A DNA stretch of 64,000 bases from Candidatus Planktophila sp. (GTDB lineage: Bacteria; Actinomycetota; Actinomycetes; Nanopelagicales; Nanopelagicaceae), in assembly GCA_009691145.1 (NCBI GenBank), contig SHVG01000001.1:13308-77307 (forward strand), in the 5' to 3' direction. The translations under genes and the position numbers were made by a program. Below the pieces are notes generated by a model, which was given only the letters and a program-made list of their open reading frames with translations, did not search any database and was not told the origin of the DNA. Each line of letters begins with the position of its first letter. Position 1 is the first letter of the stretch. Positions 49,801 to 60,513 of the stretch are shown here, piece by piece.

Positions 49801-51372
49801 ATGAGCCGTGATCTGCATACAACTGCCGGAAAAATCGAAGATCTACGCGCACGAGTCGAGGAAGCGGTCCACGCTGGTTCGGCTCGCGCAGTAGAAAAAC
49901 AACATGCCAAGGGTAAGAACACTGCTCGCGAGCGCATTGAGATGCTCGTCGATGGGGATTCATTTACAGAGATCGATGAGTTCGCACGCCACCGTTCGAC
50001 TCAGTTCGGCATGGAAAAGAACCGTCCCTACGGTGATGGCGTTGTCATTGGCACTGCAACTGTCGATGGCCGCCCCATAGCGTTGTATTCCCAGGACTTC
50101 ACAATTATGGGTGGCTCCCTCGGTGAGGTCCATGCAGAAAAGATCGTCAAGATTGCAGCCTTTGCATTAAAGAGTGGCATCCCACTCATTGGAATCAATG
50201 ACTCAGGTGGTGCACGAATTCAAGAGGGCGTTGCATCATTATCTGGCTACGGCAAAATCTTTCGTCTTAATACTCGCTCATCTGGTGTTATACCCCAGAT
50301 CTCATTAATTCTTGGCCCTTGTGCCGGCGGCTCTGCGTACTCGCCAGCCCTGACTGACTTCACGGTTATGGTCAATGAGACATCACACATGTTTATTACT
50401 GGCCCAGATGTAATTAAGACGGTCACGGGCGAAGAAGTAGATATGGAGGAGCTCGGCGGTGCGCGTACGCACAACACTAAGACTGGTAACTCGCACTACT
50501 TGGCTGAGAATGAGGCCGATGCCATTGATTATGTGAAGGCACTGCTTTCGTATCTACCATCCAATAATATGGATAGTGCGCCACATCTGCCTCCGACACA
50601 GTCACTAGAAAAAACGGCGGCCGATATCGCACTTGATGCTTTGATTCCAGATAATACAAACCAGCCATACGACATGAAGGTGTTGATTCAAGCGCTAGTA
50701 GATGAGGGCGAGTTCCTCGAAGTTCATGCCCTGTATGCACCCAATATCATCGTAGGTTTCGCGCGCATTGAAGGCGAATCCATTGGAATCATTGCTAATC
50801 AACCATCGCAGCTAGCTGGTACTTTAGATATTAATTCAAGTGAAAAAGCCGCACGCTTCCTGCGCTTCTGCGACGCATTCAATATTCCAATTCTGACCCT
50901 CGTTGATGTGCCTGGATTCCTGCCTGGCACCGAACAAGAGTGGGATGGAATCATCCGCCGCGGTGCCAAACTCCTCTACGCCTACGCCGAGGCATCGGTG
51001 CCACTTGTCACTCTTATTACACGCAAAGCTTATGGCGGTGCATTTATCGTGATGGGTTCAAAGTATCTGGGAAGTGACATAAATTTTGCATGGCCTAGCG
51101 CCGAGATTGCAGTCATGGGTGCACAGGGCGCGGTCAATATTCTCTACCGGAAAGAGCTTGCCAATGCTAAAGATTCTGCGAGTAAGCGCGCCGAATTAGT
51201 TAACGACTACAACGAATCATTAGCCAATCCATACTTGGCCGCCGAACGCGGAACAATCGATACGGTTATCGAACCAAATCAGTCACGGGCATATATCACT
51301 AAGGCTTTTAGAACATTAAAGACAAAGCGCGATACTTTGCCAGCACGCAAGCACGGAAACATTCCTTTGTAA
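49801..51372 (+). CDS. pccB: Acyl-CoA carboxylase carboxyltransferase (beta) subunit
   Basis: [31 protein letters not shown] and KHGNIPL. Confidence 0.95.
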   Translation: MSRDLHTTAGKIEDLRARVEEAVHAGSARAVEKQHAKGKNTARERIEMLVDGDSFTEIDEFARHRSTQFGMEKNRPYGDGVVIGTATVDGRPIALYSQDFTIMGGSLGEVHAEKIVKIAAFALKSGIPLIGINDSGGARIQEGVASLSGYGKIFRLNTRSSGVIPQISLILGPCAGGSAYSPALTDFTVMVNETSHMFITGPDVIKTVTGEEVDMEELGGARTHNTKTGNSHYLAENEADAIDYVKALLSYLPSNNMDSAPHLPPTQSLEKTAADIALDALIPDNTNQPYDMKVLIQALVDEGEFLEVHALYAPNIIVGFARIEGESIGIIANQPSQLAGTLDINSSEKAARFLRFCDAFNIPILTLVDVPGFLPGTEQEWDGIIRRGAKLLYAYAEASVPLVTLITRKAYGGAFIVMGSKYLGSDINFAWPSAEIAVMGAQGAVNILYRKELANAKDSASKRAELVNDYNESLANPYLAAERGTIDTVIEPNQSRAYITKAFRTLKTKRDTLPARKHGNIPL

Positions 51373-51548
51373 TGGAGTTTTCAATTATAAAAGGCGAAGC
51401 CACTGCCGAAGAGTTAATGGCCATCGAGCATGCGATGTCACTGCACAAACGTGAAGAGTTAGTACCAGTAACCCGTAAAAACGTATTCGGCCGCCCGCAG
51501 CTTCGTAAACCGCTTAACAAAAACTTGCGCTTCGGCCGATCGAATTAA
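51372..51548 (+). CDS. accE: Acyl-CoA carboxylase epsilon subunit (58 aa, below the ORF-track cutoff)
   Basis: Manual translation [22 protein letters not shown]...FGRPQLRKPL. The IIKG..T.EEL.A motif is present, with a TAATG overlap with the beta subunit. Confidence 0.8.
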   Translation: MEFSIIKGEATAEELMAIEHAMSLHKREELVPVTRKNVFGRPQLRKPLNKNLRFGRSN

Positions 51549-51555
51549 TCCCTCA

Positions 51556-52158
51556 ATGCCAAAGATCATCCTTGCTTCTGCGTCCACATCCCGCCGGCGC
51601 TTACTTGAATCTGCGGGTTTAACACCCATCGTTATGGTGAGCCATGTCGATGAAGAGACCGAGTTTTTTAAAGCCCTATCCCCGGCCGACATGGTAATTG
51701 CCGTAGCAATTACTAAGGCTCACACAATCCGTGAGCAGATCGATTTCCCAGCCATCATCATAGGCTGTGATTCAACATTTGAATTTGATGGTCAATCCTT
51801 AGGCAAGCCCGGCACACCAGAGATCGCTTTCGAGCGGGCAAAGCGTGTACAAGGTAACTCTGGCCTGCTGCACACTGGCCACTGCCTTATCGATACAAGC
51901 AAAGATCGTGAAATCTCTAGCATCGTCACAACTAAGGTCACCTTTGATCAGATGAGCGATGATGAGATCAATGATTACATTGCAAGCGGTGAGCCTCTTC
52001 ATGTTGCCGGCGGCTTTACTCTCGATGGTTTTAGCTCACCATTCATCCCATCCATTGAGGGCGATTACACCAACGTTGTTGGAATTTCGATGCCTTTTAT
52101 TAGAAAGGCATTCGCGCAACTGGGATACTCATGGCCAGAGGTTAAGGTGATGCAATGA
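51556..52158 (+). CDS. maf: Maf-family nucleotide pyrophosphatase
   Basis: IILASAS..RR.LL, IGCDS, GKP, GEP..VAG and NVVG. Confidence 0.94.
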   Translation: MPKIILASASTSRRRLLESAGLTPIVMVSHVDEETEFFKALSPADMVIAVAITKAHTIREQIDFPAIIIGCDSTFEFDGQSLGKPGTPEIAFERAKRVQGNSGLLHTGHCLIDTSKDREISSIVTTKVTFDQMSDDEINDYIASGEPLHVAGGFTLDGFSSPFIPSIEGDYTNVVGISMPFIRKAFAQLGYSWPEVKVMQ

Positions 52159-53873
52159 AGCGCGTATTAATTGCTAATCGCGGAGAAATTGCCGTCCGCG
52201 TCATACGCGCATGCAAAGACCATGGACTAGAGAGCGTCGCCGTTTACTCCGAAGAAGATCGTACTGCGATTCATACTGGCATGGCAGATTCTGCATACTC
52301 ATTAACTGGAACAACTGCGACACAGACATATTTAAATAGTGAAAAACTTATCGCCATAGCACTTAAATCAGGTGCCGATGCAGTTCACCCTGGTTATGGC
52401 TTTCTATCCGAGAATGCACACTTTGCTCAGGCCGTTATTGATGCGGGCTTAATTTGGATCGGACCGCCGCCGGCGGCCATTCGTGCACTCGGAGATAAAG
52501 TCTCTGCCCGCAAAATCGCTGCAAAGGCCGGCGCGCCATTAGTTGCAGGTACTAAGGATCCAGTTGAAGGACATGAAGAGGTCACTGCCTTTGCTAAAGA
52601 GCATGGCCTGCCAGTTGCAATTAAGGCCGCCCATGGCGGCGGCGGACGTGGCTTAAAGGTTGCGCGCACGATGGAGGAGATTCCCGAGCTTTTTGCATCG
52701 GCGGTGCGCGAGGCAATTAGTGGTTTTGGGCGCGGTGAATGTTTTGTTGAACGCTACTTAGATAAGCCCCGTCACGTTGAAACACAAGTCCTCGTTGATA
52801 AGCATGGTCATGCAGTTGTAGTGAGTACGCGTGATTGCTCGCTGCAGCGCCGCCACCAGAAACTTGTTGAAGAGGCACCAGCACCATTTTTAACCGATGC
52901 GCAGAATGAAGAGCTCTATCGCTCAAGTAAAGCGATCATGAAAGAGGCTGGATACATCGGTGCGGGTACTTGCGAGTTTTTAGTTGGACTCGATGGCACT
53001 ATCTCATTTCTTGAAGTAAATACGCGTCTGCAAGTTGAACATCCCGTGAGCGAAGAGATTACTGGTATTGATTTAGTGCGCGAACAGTTCAGGATTGCAA
53101 TGGGTGAGCCACTGGGCTTCGATGATCCAGTAATCCGAGGCCACTCCATCGAGTTCCGTATTAATGGTGAGGATCCAGGACGTTCATTTTTACCGGCACC
53201 CGGGCGCATTACTAAGTGGGTTATTCCAACTGGTCCTGGCGTACGTGTAGATGCAGGCTTTAAGAACGGTGACACTATCGGTGGAAACTTTGATCCACTT
53301 CTTGCAAAGTTAATCATCACCGGTGCAACTCGCCAGCAGGCCATCGAGCGTGCGCGTAGAGCCCTTGCCGAGTTTGCTATCGATGGTTTAGCAACTGCGC
53401 TGCCCTTTCACCGCGCAATAGTTGAAGATCCTTCATATACCGAAGATTTCAAGGTTTATACAAGTTATATTGAAAACGAGTTTGTAAATACGATTCCTGC
53501 ATTTACCCCCACCGCCGAGCCACTACAGACACATATGGCACCAGAGCAACTTATAACTGAGATAAATGGAAAACGTTTTGAGATTATGGTGCATGCACCT
53601 AAGCCCGTTGTTAAGCGCCATCGAGCCAAGGCGGGCATGTCAGGTAGCTCTAACGGCTCAGCTCTTAACAGCCCGATGCAGGGTACGGTTGTAAAGATTG
53701 CCGTTGAAGTTGGCGCTAGCGTTAAAGTTGGCGACTTAATCATCGTTCTTGAAGCGATGAAGATGGAACAGCCACTTATGGCCCATAAATCAGGTGTTAT
53801 CTCCAATCTAACGGCAGTCATCGGTGCCACGGTTTCTAGTGGAACCACACTCTGTGAGATTATTGACGCATGA
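52155..53873 (+). CDS. bccA: Biotin carboxylase / biotin carboxyl carrier protein (acyl-CoA carboxylase alpha)
   Basis: [40 protein letters not shown] and EAMKM. Confidence 0.96.
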   Translation: MKRVLIANRGEIAVRVIRACKDHGLESVAVYSEEDRTAIHTGMADSAYSLTGTTATQTYLNSEKLIAIALKSGADAVHPGYGFLSENAHFAQAVIDAGLIWIGPPPAAIRALGDKVSARKIAAKAGAPLVAGTKDPVEGHEEVTAFAKEHGLPVAIKAAHGGGGRGLKVARTMEEIPELFASAVREAISGFGRGECFVERYLDKPRHVETQVLVDKHGHAVVVSTRDCSLQRRHQKLVEEAPAPFLTDAQNEELYRSSKAIMKEAGYIGAGTCEFLVGLDGTISFLEVNTRLQVEHPVSEEITGIDLVREQFRIAMGEPLGFDDPVIRGHSIEFRINGEDPGRSFLPAPGRITKWVIPTGPGVRVDAGFKNGDTIGGNFDPLLAKLIITGATRQQAIERARRALAEFAIDGLATALPFHRAIVEDPSYTEDFKVYTSYIENEFVNTIPAFTPTAEPLQTHMAPEQLITEINGKRFEIMVHAPKPVVKRHRAKAGMSGSSNGSALNSPMQGTVVKIAVEVGASVKVGDLIIVLEAMKMEQPLMAHKSGVISNLTAVIGATVSSGTTLCEIIDA

Positions 53874-54700
53874 CATCGAGCGAACTTCTCTATAGCGATC
53901 CACTAGCGTGTGCAGCTGCAGCGGCCCAAGAGATTATTACGCGCACTGGAGTTGCATCTCATGATGTCGCACTTGTTATGGGTTCGGGTTGGGTGAGCGC
54001 CGTTGATGCACTCGGTACACCTGCCTATGAATGTAACGCCGAAGAGTTAACTGGTTTTCTGCCGCCAACTGTTGAGGGCCACTCTGGAAAAGTTCGCTCT
54101 TATGTAATTGAGGCCGATGGAAAGAAAGTGCGTGCACTTGTCTTTCTAGGTCGCACGCATTTATACGAGGGCAAAGGTGTCGAGCCCGTTGTCCATAGTG
54201 TTCGCGCAGCTGTTAAAGCTGGTTGCAAAGTCATTATTCTGACAAATGCCTGCGGTGCAATAAATACAAAATTCTCAGTTGGACAGCCCGTTTTGATCCG
54301 CGATCACATCTCATTAACGGCTGTATCGCCATTATCTGGGGCAACTTTCGTAGATCTCACCGATTTATATAGCAAACGAATCCGTGAAATCCTAAAGCGT
54401 GAGGATGCAACTCTCGATGAAGGTGTCTATGTTCACTGGCGTGGACCAACCTATGAAACACCTGCAGAGATACACATGATGCGAACGATGGGCGGGGATT
54501 TAGTCGGAATGTCCACTGTGCCTGAGGCGATTGCCGCACATGCATTAGGCGCCGAAATTCTAGGAATCTCATTAGTGACAAATGCTGCCGCTGGAGTCAC
54601 TGGCAAAAAACTCAATCACGAAGAGGTTATTGCCGCGGGTAAAGCCGCCGCTGATCGCATGGGTGCACTTCTCAAGGGTGTTATCCCACAGTTATTCTAA
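53870..54700 (+). CDS. punA: Purine-nucleoside phosphorylase (trimeric type)
   Basis: [24 protein letters not shown] and GMSTVPE. Confidence 0.95.
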   Translation: MTSSELLYSDPLACAAAAAQEIITRTGVASHDVALVMGSGWVSAVDALGTPAYECNAEELTGFLPPTVEGHSGKVRSYVIEADGKKVRALVFLGRTHLYEGKGVEPVVHSVRAAVKAGCKVIILTNACGAINTKFSVGQPVLIRDHISLTAVSPLSGATFVDLTDLYSKRIREILKREDATLDEGVYVHWRGPTYETPAEIHMMRTMGGDLVGMSTVPEAIAAHALGAEILGISLVTNAAAGVTGKKLNHEEVIAAGKAAADRMGALLKGVIPQLF

Positions 54701-54704
54701 GAAC

Positions 54705-56315
54705 ATGGATCTAGGCAGCCAGGTACAAGCATGGATCGATGATGATCCAGATCCAGTCACCGCTGCACAGTTACAAGGATGGCTCGATACTAATAATGAA
54801 GTAGAGCTACTCACATCTTTCTCAGGATTTTTAGCATTTGGTACTGCAGGTCTGCGTGGCCCAATGCGCCCAGGGCCATCGGGAATGAACCGTGCAGTTG
54901 TTGGCCGCACTGCCGCAGCAATCGCTGCATACATGAAGGAGCGCAATTTAAACTCTGTCGTTATTGGGCGCGATACGCGTCATGGCTCGCAGGATTTCAC
55001 TCAAGAAACCGCGCAGATTATGAGCGGTGCTGGAATGCAGGTCTTTGTACTGCCCCGTCCGCTACCCACGCCCGTCTTAGCCTTTGCTACAAATGAGTTG
55101 AAGTGCGATGTTGGAATCATGGTTACAGCTAGCCATAATCCACCGCAAGATAATGGCTACAAAATTTATTTGGGTGGCACTGTCGATGGAATCCACTACC
55201 GTGGATCTCAAATTGTTTCTCCTAGCGATGAATCAATCGCCGCACACATCGATGCAGTTACAACTTTAGCTAGCCAGCCCCGTGGCAGCCAGTGGAGCAT
55301 CGTTGATGAAGAGATTATTAATAAATATGTAAGTATCACTGCCGCGATCGCTAACAAGCCAGGTAATTTAAAGATTGTCTATACGGCCATGCATGGCGTT
55401 GGTACCGAAACACTTTTGCAGGTCTTTCACAGCGCAGGTTTTCTACCTCCAATCCTGGTCGAAGCACAGGCCCAACCCGATCCAGATTTTCCAACCGTTG
55501 CATTCCCTAATCCTGAAGAGCCAGGCGCAATTGATTTAGCACTAGAAACGGCGCGGGCATTTGATGCAGATTTAGTTATTGCTAACGACCCTGATGCCGA
55601 TAGATGTGCAGCGGCTGTAAATGATCCAGTTACTGGTTGGCGAATGCTACGCGGAGATGAGCTAGGCGCCATCTTTGGCGAAGTTATCGCACGAAATACC
55701 AGTAAGGCAATCTTGGCCAATTCAATTGTCTCCTCAACGATTCTGAGCAAGATAGCTGGGCATTACAACCTCGAGTTTAAGCAGACGCTAACCGGCTTTA
55801 AATGGCTGGCCAAAATAGATGGACTTACCTTTGGCTATGAAGAGGCCATTGGCTATGCAGTCGATGCAAAAACTGTTAATGATAAAGATGGAATCTCAGC
55901 GGCGATTAAACTGGCCCAAATCGCTACGGATTTAGCGGCCCAAGGTAAAACGCTTCTAGATTTACTTAACGAAATCTGGCTGCGGCATGGCTTTCATGCA
56001 ACTGAACAGATTGCGATTCGCTTAACTGATCTATCTCAAGTCGGCACCATCATGGGTCGCTTGCGTAAGAATCCGCCCGCAGAGATCGCTGGTCATCGTG
56101 TTACATCTATCGATGATTTATCAAAGCCTACAGATGATTTGCCGCCAACTGATAGTCTGCGTATTTGGTTAGATGGCACAATCCGGATAATCATTCGCCC
56201 TAGCGGAACCGAAGCAAAGATGAAGTGTTACATTGAGGTAATTGAAAAAGATTCAGGGCGCGCACAGATCGTCCTGAATCAATTACGAGCCCCACTGAAG
56301 GAATTACTATCGTGA
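54705..56315 (+). CDS. Phospho-sugar mutase (likely phosphopentomutase by context)
   Basis: FGTAGLRG, TASHNPP.DNGYK, DPDADR, GYEEAIG and RPSGTE.K; located between punA and deoC. Confidence 0.9.
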   Translation: MDLGSQVQAWIDDDPDPVTAAQLQGWLDTNNEVELLTSFSGFLAFGTAGLRGPMRPGPSGMNRAVVGRTAAAIAAYMKERNLNSVVIGRDTRHGSQDFTQETAQIMSGAGMQVFVLPRPLPTPVLAFATNELKCDVGIMVTASHNPPQDNGYKIYLGGTVDGIHYRGSQIVSPSDESIAAHIDAVTTLASQPRGSQWSIVDEEIINKYVSITAAIANKPGNLKIVYTAMHGVGTETLLQVFHSAGFLPPILVEAQAQPDPDFPTVAFPNPEEPGAIDLALETARAFDADLVIANDPDADRCAAAVNDPVTGWRMLRGDELGAIFGEVIARNTSKAILANSIVSSTILSKIAGHYNLEFKQTLTGFKWLAKIDGLTFGYEEAIGYAVDAKTVNDKDGISAAIKLAQIATDLAAQGKTLLDLLNEIWLRHGFHATEQIAIRLTDLSQVGTIMGRLRKNPPAEIAGHRVTSIDDLSKPTDDLPPTDSLRIWLDGTIRIIIRPSGTEAKMKCYIEVIEKDSGRAQIVLNQLRAPLKELLS

Positions 56316-57259
56316 GTTTTTACGGCTTAGTCGATGGCTCACAGGCCTCCCTCAAAAAGTACCTGGCTGCTCTTTCTGGCGTAGATCAAACCGGCGCCGA
56401 TGCACGTGCTGCAATGTTGGCAACGCGCAGTATTAAGATAACATCCAAGCGCTGGGCGATCGATACCGCTATCTCAATGGTGGATTTAACTACGCTCGAA
56501 GGCGCAGATACTCCAGGAAAAGTTCAGGCGCTATGTGCTAAGGCTGTACGCCCGGATCCAACGGACTCATCGGTACCAAGTGTTGGCGCCGTCTGTGTTT
56601 ATAACGACATGGTCGCAGTTGCGCGCAAACATTTAGATTTAATTGGCGGTGCCCATGTTGGTGTCGCTGCAGTATCAACGGCCTTTCCATCGGGCCGAGC
56701 ATCTATGCCGGTAAAGATTCAAGATACCCAAGATGCCCTAGATGCAGGAGCATCTGAGATCGATATGGTCATCGATCGTGGAGCATTTTTAAGCGGTGAT
56801 TACATCGGTGTATTCAATGAGATCGTACAAATCCGTGAGCTCTGCGGTTCACGAGCGCACCTAAAAGTTATCTTTGAAACCGGTGAGCTTGTCACTTATG
56901 ACAATGTTCGCAAGGCCTCATTTCTAGCAATGGCCGCTGGCGCCGATTTTATTAAGACATCAACGGGTAAGGTTGCACCAGCTGCAACGGCCCCTGTCGT
57001 CCTAGTAATGCTCGAAGCGGTACGTGATTTTTACCAGATGACACAGACCCGCATCGGTGTAAAGCCAGCTGGTGGGATTAGAAATACGAAAGATGCGATT
57101 AAGCAGTTAGTACTAGTTAATGAGACGGCGGGCCCAGAGTGGCTCACGCCAGCCCTCTTTCGTATCGGTGCTAGCGCCCTGTTAAATGATTTATTAATGC
57201 AGCGCATGAAACTCGATGATGGCTACTACGCTAGTCCTCAGTATGTAACGATCGATTAA
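56312..57259 (+). CDS. deoC: Deoxyribose-phosphate aldolase
   Basis: DLTTL, GASEIDMV, LKVIFETG, FIKTSTGK, KPAGGIR and RIGAS. Confidence 0.96.
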   Translation: MSFYGLVDGSQASLKKYLAALSGVDQTGADARAAMLATRSIKITSKRWAIDTAISMVDLTTLEGADTPGKVQALCAKAVRPDPTDSSVPSVGAVCVYNDMVAVARKHLDLIGGAHVGVAAVSTAFPSGRASMPVKIQDTQDALDAGASEIDMVIDRGAFLSGDYIGVFNEIVQIRELCGSRAHLKVIFETGELVTYDNVRKASFLAMAAGADFIKTSTGKVAPAATAPVVLVMLEAVRDFYQMTQTRIGVKPAGGIRNTKDAIKQLVLVNETAGPEWLTPALFRIGASALLNDLLMQRMKLDDGYYASPQYVTID

Positions 57260-58710
57260 TGGAGACCCCAGTGAGCTTTGACTACGCACCAGCACCTGAA
57301 TCGCGCTCGCTTGTCTCGATTAAGCCTAAGTACGGCCACTTTATCGGCGGAAAGTTCGTTGCAGGTAGCAAGCACTTCCCAACTATTAACCCGGCAACTG
57401 AAGAGGTTTTGAGCCAGATTGCATTAGCAGGCAAGGCAGATGTCGATGCCGCAGTAAAGGCTGCACGTAAGGCCTATACATCTACCTGGTCAAAGATGAG
57501 TGGCAAAGAGCGCGGTAAATACCTGTTCCGTATTGCGCGCATCATGCAAGAGCGCGCACGCGAGTTCGCAGTCCTTGAAACTTTAGATAACGGCAAACCA
57601 ATCCGCGAATCTCGCGATGTCGATGTTCCACTAGCAGCGGCGCACTTTTTCTATCACGCAGGTTGGGCCGACAAGCTCGAATTCGCAGGCCTTGGTACAT
57701 CAACTAAGCCACATGGTGTTGCAGGTCAGATTATTCCGTGGAATTTTCCATTACTTATGTTGGCATGGAAAGTCGCGCCAGCACTTGCTACAGGCAACAC
57801 CGTGGTTCTTAAGCCCGCCGAGAGTACATCACTTACTGCGCTTTTATTTGCTGAAGTCTGTCAACTGGCCGAACTTCCAGCAGGTGTTGTCAATATCGTC
57901 ACTGGCGATGGTTCAACTGGCGCACTGATTGTTAATCACCCAGGCATCGACAAGATTGCATTCACTGGCTCTACTGAAGTCGGCAAGATCATCGCGCGCG
58001 CAATTGCGCCAACACACAAGAGTGTGACCCTTGAACTCGGTGGCAAGGCCGCCAATATCATCTTTGAAGATGCAGCGATTGATGAAGCTATTGAGGGGAT
58101 CGTCGATGGAATCTTCTTTAACCAAGGCCATGTCTGTTGCGCAGGATCTCGTTTAATTCTGCAGGAAAACATTGCAGATGAAGTTCTAACCAAGTTAAAG
58201 AAACGTATGGCACAGATTCGAGTTGGCGATCCTATGGATAAGAACACTGACTTGGGTGCAATTAATAGCAAGGAACAGTTACTAAAGATTCGCGAGCTAT
58301 CTGCATCGGGTGATGCAGAAGGTGCGCAGCGTTGGAGTGCGCCCTGCGATTTACCTGCAAAGGGCTATTGGTTTGCACCGACCATCTTCACTGGCGTTAC
58401 ACAGTCCCATCGCATCGTGCGTGAAGAGATCTTTGGACCAGTGCTCTCGGTCCTCACATTTAGAACCCCTCGAGAGGCCATAGATAAGGCTAATAACACT
58501 CCCTTTGGTCTATCGGCCGGTATCTGGAGTGAAAAGGGTTCGCGCATTTTGTGGGCCAGCCAGCAGCTTCGCGCAGGAGTTATCTGGGCAAATACATTTA
58601 ATAAGTTCGATCCAACATCACCATTTGGTGGCTACAAAGAGTCTGGCTGGGGTCGAGAAGGCGGACGACATGGCTTAAGCGCATATTTGAAGGGGGTCGG
58701 CCATGAGTAA
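57259..58710 (+). CDS. Aldehyde dehydrogenase (full-length, catalytic)
   Basis: [33 protein letters not shown] and EEIFGPV. The start may be the GTG at 57271. Confidence 0.95.
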   Translation: METPVSFDYAPAPESRSLVSIKPKYGHFIGGKFVAGSKHFPTINPATEEVLSQIALAGKADVDAAVKAARKAYTSTWSKMSGKERGKYLFRIARIMQERAREFAVLETLDNGKPIRESRDVDVPLAAAHFFYHAGWADKLEFAGLGTSTKPHGVAGQIIPWNFPLLMLAWKVAPALATGNTVVLKPAESTSLTALLFAEVCQLAELPAGVVNIVTGDGSTGALIVNHPGIDKIAFTGSTEVGKIIARAIAPTHKSVTLELGGKAANIIFEDAAIDEAIEGIVDGIFFNQGHVCCAGSRLILQENIADEVLTKLKKRMAQIRVGDPMDKNTDLGAINSKEQLLKIRELSASGDAEGAQRWSAPCDLPAKGYWFAPTIFTGVTQSHRIVREEIFGPVLSVLTFRTPREAIDKANNTPFGLSAGIWSEKGSRILWASQQLRAGVIWANTFNKFDPTSPFGGYKESGWGREGGRHGLSAYLKGVGHE

Positions 58711-59545
58711 TCGCATCGATGTCAAGAAGACATACAAGTTATTTATCAACGGTGCATTCCCCCGCACTGAATCTGGTCGCACATACGAGATCAAGAACGC
58801 TAAAGGCGGTTTTATTGCAAATCCGTGTTTAGCATCTCGCAAAGATTTAAAGGATGCTGTTGTCGCTGCCCGTGCAGCGCAATCTGGGTGGAACAAGGCC
58901 TCGGCCTATAACAAGGGACAGATTCTCTATCGCATCGCCGAGATGCTTGAGGGTCGCCGTGCACAGTTCGTTGATGAGATTGTCGGCGTTACTGGTGTTA
59001 CAAAAGCAAAGGCCGACAAAGAGGTTATTGATTCTGTCGATCGTTTAGTTTGGTATGCGGGTTGGAGTGACAAACTTTCATCTCTATCGGGAGCACTCAA
59101 CCCAGTTGCAGGCCCGTACTACAACTTCACGGTGCCAGAGAGCATGGGAGTAATCGCCGCAATCGCACCCGAGATGCCATCACTACTTGGTCTCATCGAT
59201 TCGATTGCACCGATTATCGTTGGTGGAAACACAGTTGTTGTATTAGCTAGTACTAAGGCGCCATTATCTGCAATGAGTTTTGCCGAAGTAATTGCCACTA
59301 GTGATGTGCCTGCAGGTGTCATCAATATCTTGACCGGTAAAAAAGATGAGATTGCACCGTGGATGGCATCGCACATGGATATCGATGGCTTTGATATCTC
59401 AGGACTTGGCGCTAAGTCACATGGCGCAGTTCGAATCGCAGGGGCCGAGAACTTAAAACGAATCTATAGTTTCAAATCGGCCGACCCTGGGCGGATTCTG
59501 GCATTCTTAGAAAATAAGACGGTCTGGCATCCGATAGGGCTCTAA
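58703..59545 (+). CDS. Short aldehyde dehydrogenase-family protein lacking the catalytic domain
   Basis: KLFINGAF, GNTVVV, PAGVINILTG and ENKTVW are present; ELGGK, the catalytic Cys and EEIFGP are absent. Confidence 0.88.
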   Translation: MSNRIDVKKTYKLFINGAFPRTESGRTYEIKNAKGGFIANPCLASRKDLKDAVVAARAAQSGWNKASAYNKGQILYRIAEMLEGRRAQFVDEIVGVTGVTKAKADKEVIDSVDRLVWYAGWSDKLSSLSGALNPVAGPYYNFTVPESMGVIAAIAPEMPSLLGLIDSIAPIIVGGNTVVVLASTKAPLSAMSFAEVIATSDVPAGVINILTGKKDEIAPWMASHMDIDGFDISGLGAKSHGAVRIAGAENLKRIYSFKSADPGRILAFLENKTVWHPIGL

Positions 59546-60495
59546 GACCAGCCTTTATCAATGGTTTTTAGCCACAACTGGCGCACGCCTTCAACATCTA
59601 GATCCATAACAACACGCACTTTGGCCGAATCTTCAAGGCCAAGTGGCTCTAGATCTTTAAGGAAGGCATCCCTGCGATCGCAGATAGTCTGACCACGTGC
59701 AGGCCCTGACGAAGTATCTACAACAACATCAAAGATCTCGGTGGTAAATAGTTCGGGGTGGATTACTGCTGCAACTGCGCCGTAATCTCCTAATGTAATC
59801 GGTGAAATATGTAGGCGTTCGATAAATGCCTCAATGAGTTGGCCCGCAAACTGAGCCGCAGGTGCACTCGAAGCTTTTAGGGTAAGTGCCTCTTGACTTG
59901 TTATACCTGGACGCATAAAGACATCGAGGCCATACATGGTTATCGGAACACCACTTTGAAAGACAATTGCTGCAGCCTCTGGATCGTGCCAGATATTGAA
60001 CTCGGCAGCCGGTGTTGCATTACCAGCAGATGCAGAGCCGCCCATTAAAACAATGCGATGGATTTTTTTAGCCGTCTCTGGAAAAGCTCTCAAGAAAAGC
60101 GCGATATTTGTTAGCGGTGCAACGGGTACCAATGTAACTCGATCTTTAGAACCCTCGACTAAATCACGTAGGAGTTCGATGGCCGAGCGTGGATCTACGG
60201 AGCGATTCGAAGGTGCGATAGGGAGATCGCCCATTCCATCGGCGCCATGTACATATTCGGCGTATTGCGATACTCCTAGCAATGGTCGTACCGCTCCACG
60301 GGCTACTGGGATATCACCCGCACCGGCGGCATCTAAAACCTTTAACGTGTTTGCAACGACTTGATCAACGTTAGTGTTGCCATCGACGCATGTAATGCCC
60401 AAGAGATTGATATCAGGGTGTAGCGCTGCGAATAAGACAGCAAAGGCATCATCGACGCCAGTATCGACATCTAGAATCATTGAAGTTTTATTCAT
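59542..60495 (-). CDS. Inosine-uridine-preferring nucleoside hydrolase
   Basis: LDVDTGVDDA, HGADGMG, PLTNIA and AEFNIWHDPEAA. Confidence 0.94.
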   Translation of the reverse strand: MNKTSMILDVDTGVDDAFAVLFAALHPDINLLGITCVDGNTNVDQVVANTLKVLDAAGAGDIPVARGAVRPLLGVSQYAEYVHGADGMGDLPIAPSNRSVDPRSAIELLRDLVEGSKDRVTLVPVAPLTNIALFLRAFPETAKKIHRIVLMGGSASAGNATPAAEFNIWHDPEAAAIVFQSGVPITMYGLDVFMRPGITSQEALTLKASSAPAAQFAGQLIEAFIERLHISPITLGDYGAVAAVIHPELFTTEIFDVVVDTSSGPARGQTICDRRDAFLKDLEPLGLEDSAKVRVVMDLDVEGVRQLWLKTIDKGWS

Positions 60496-60513
60496 ACGCG
60501 ATAGCCTATCGCT
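60496..60513. promoter_or_regulatory. Palindromic bidirectional leaderless promoter
   Basis: GCGATAG-C-CTATCGC at 60498-60512. TAGCCT lies 6 nt before the rbsK ATG and TAGGCT lies 7 nt before the hydrolase ATG. Confidence 0.7.
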
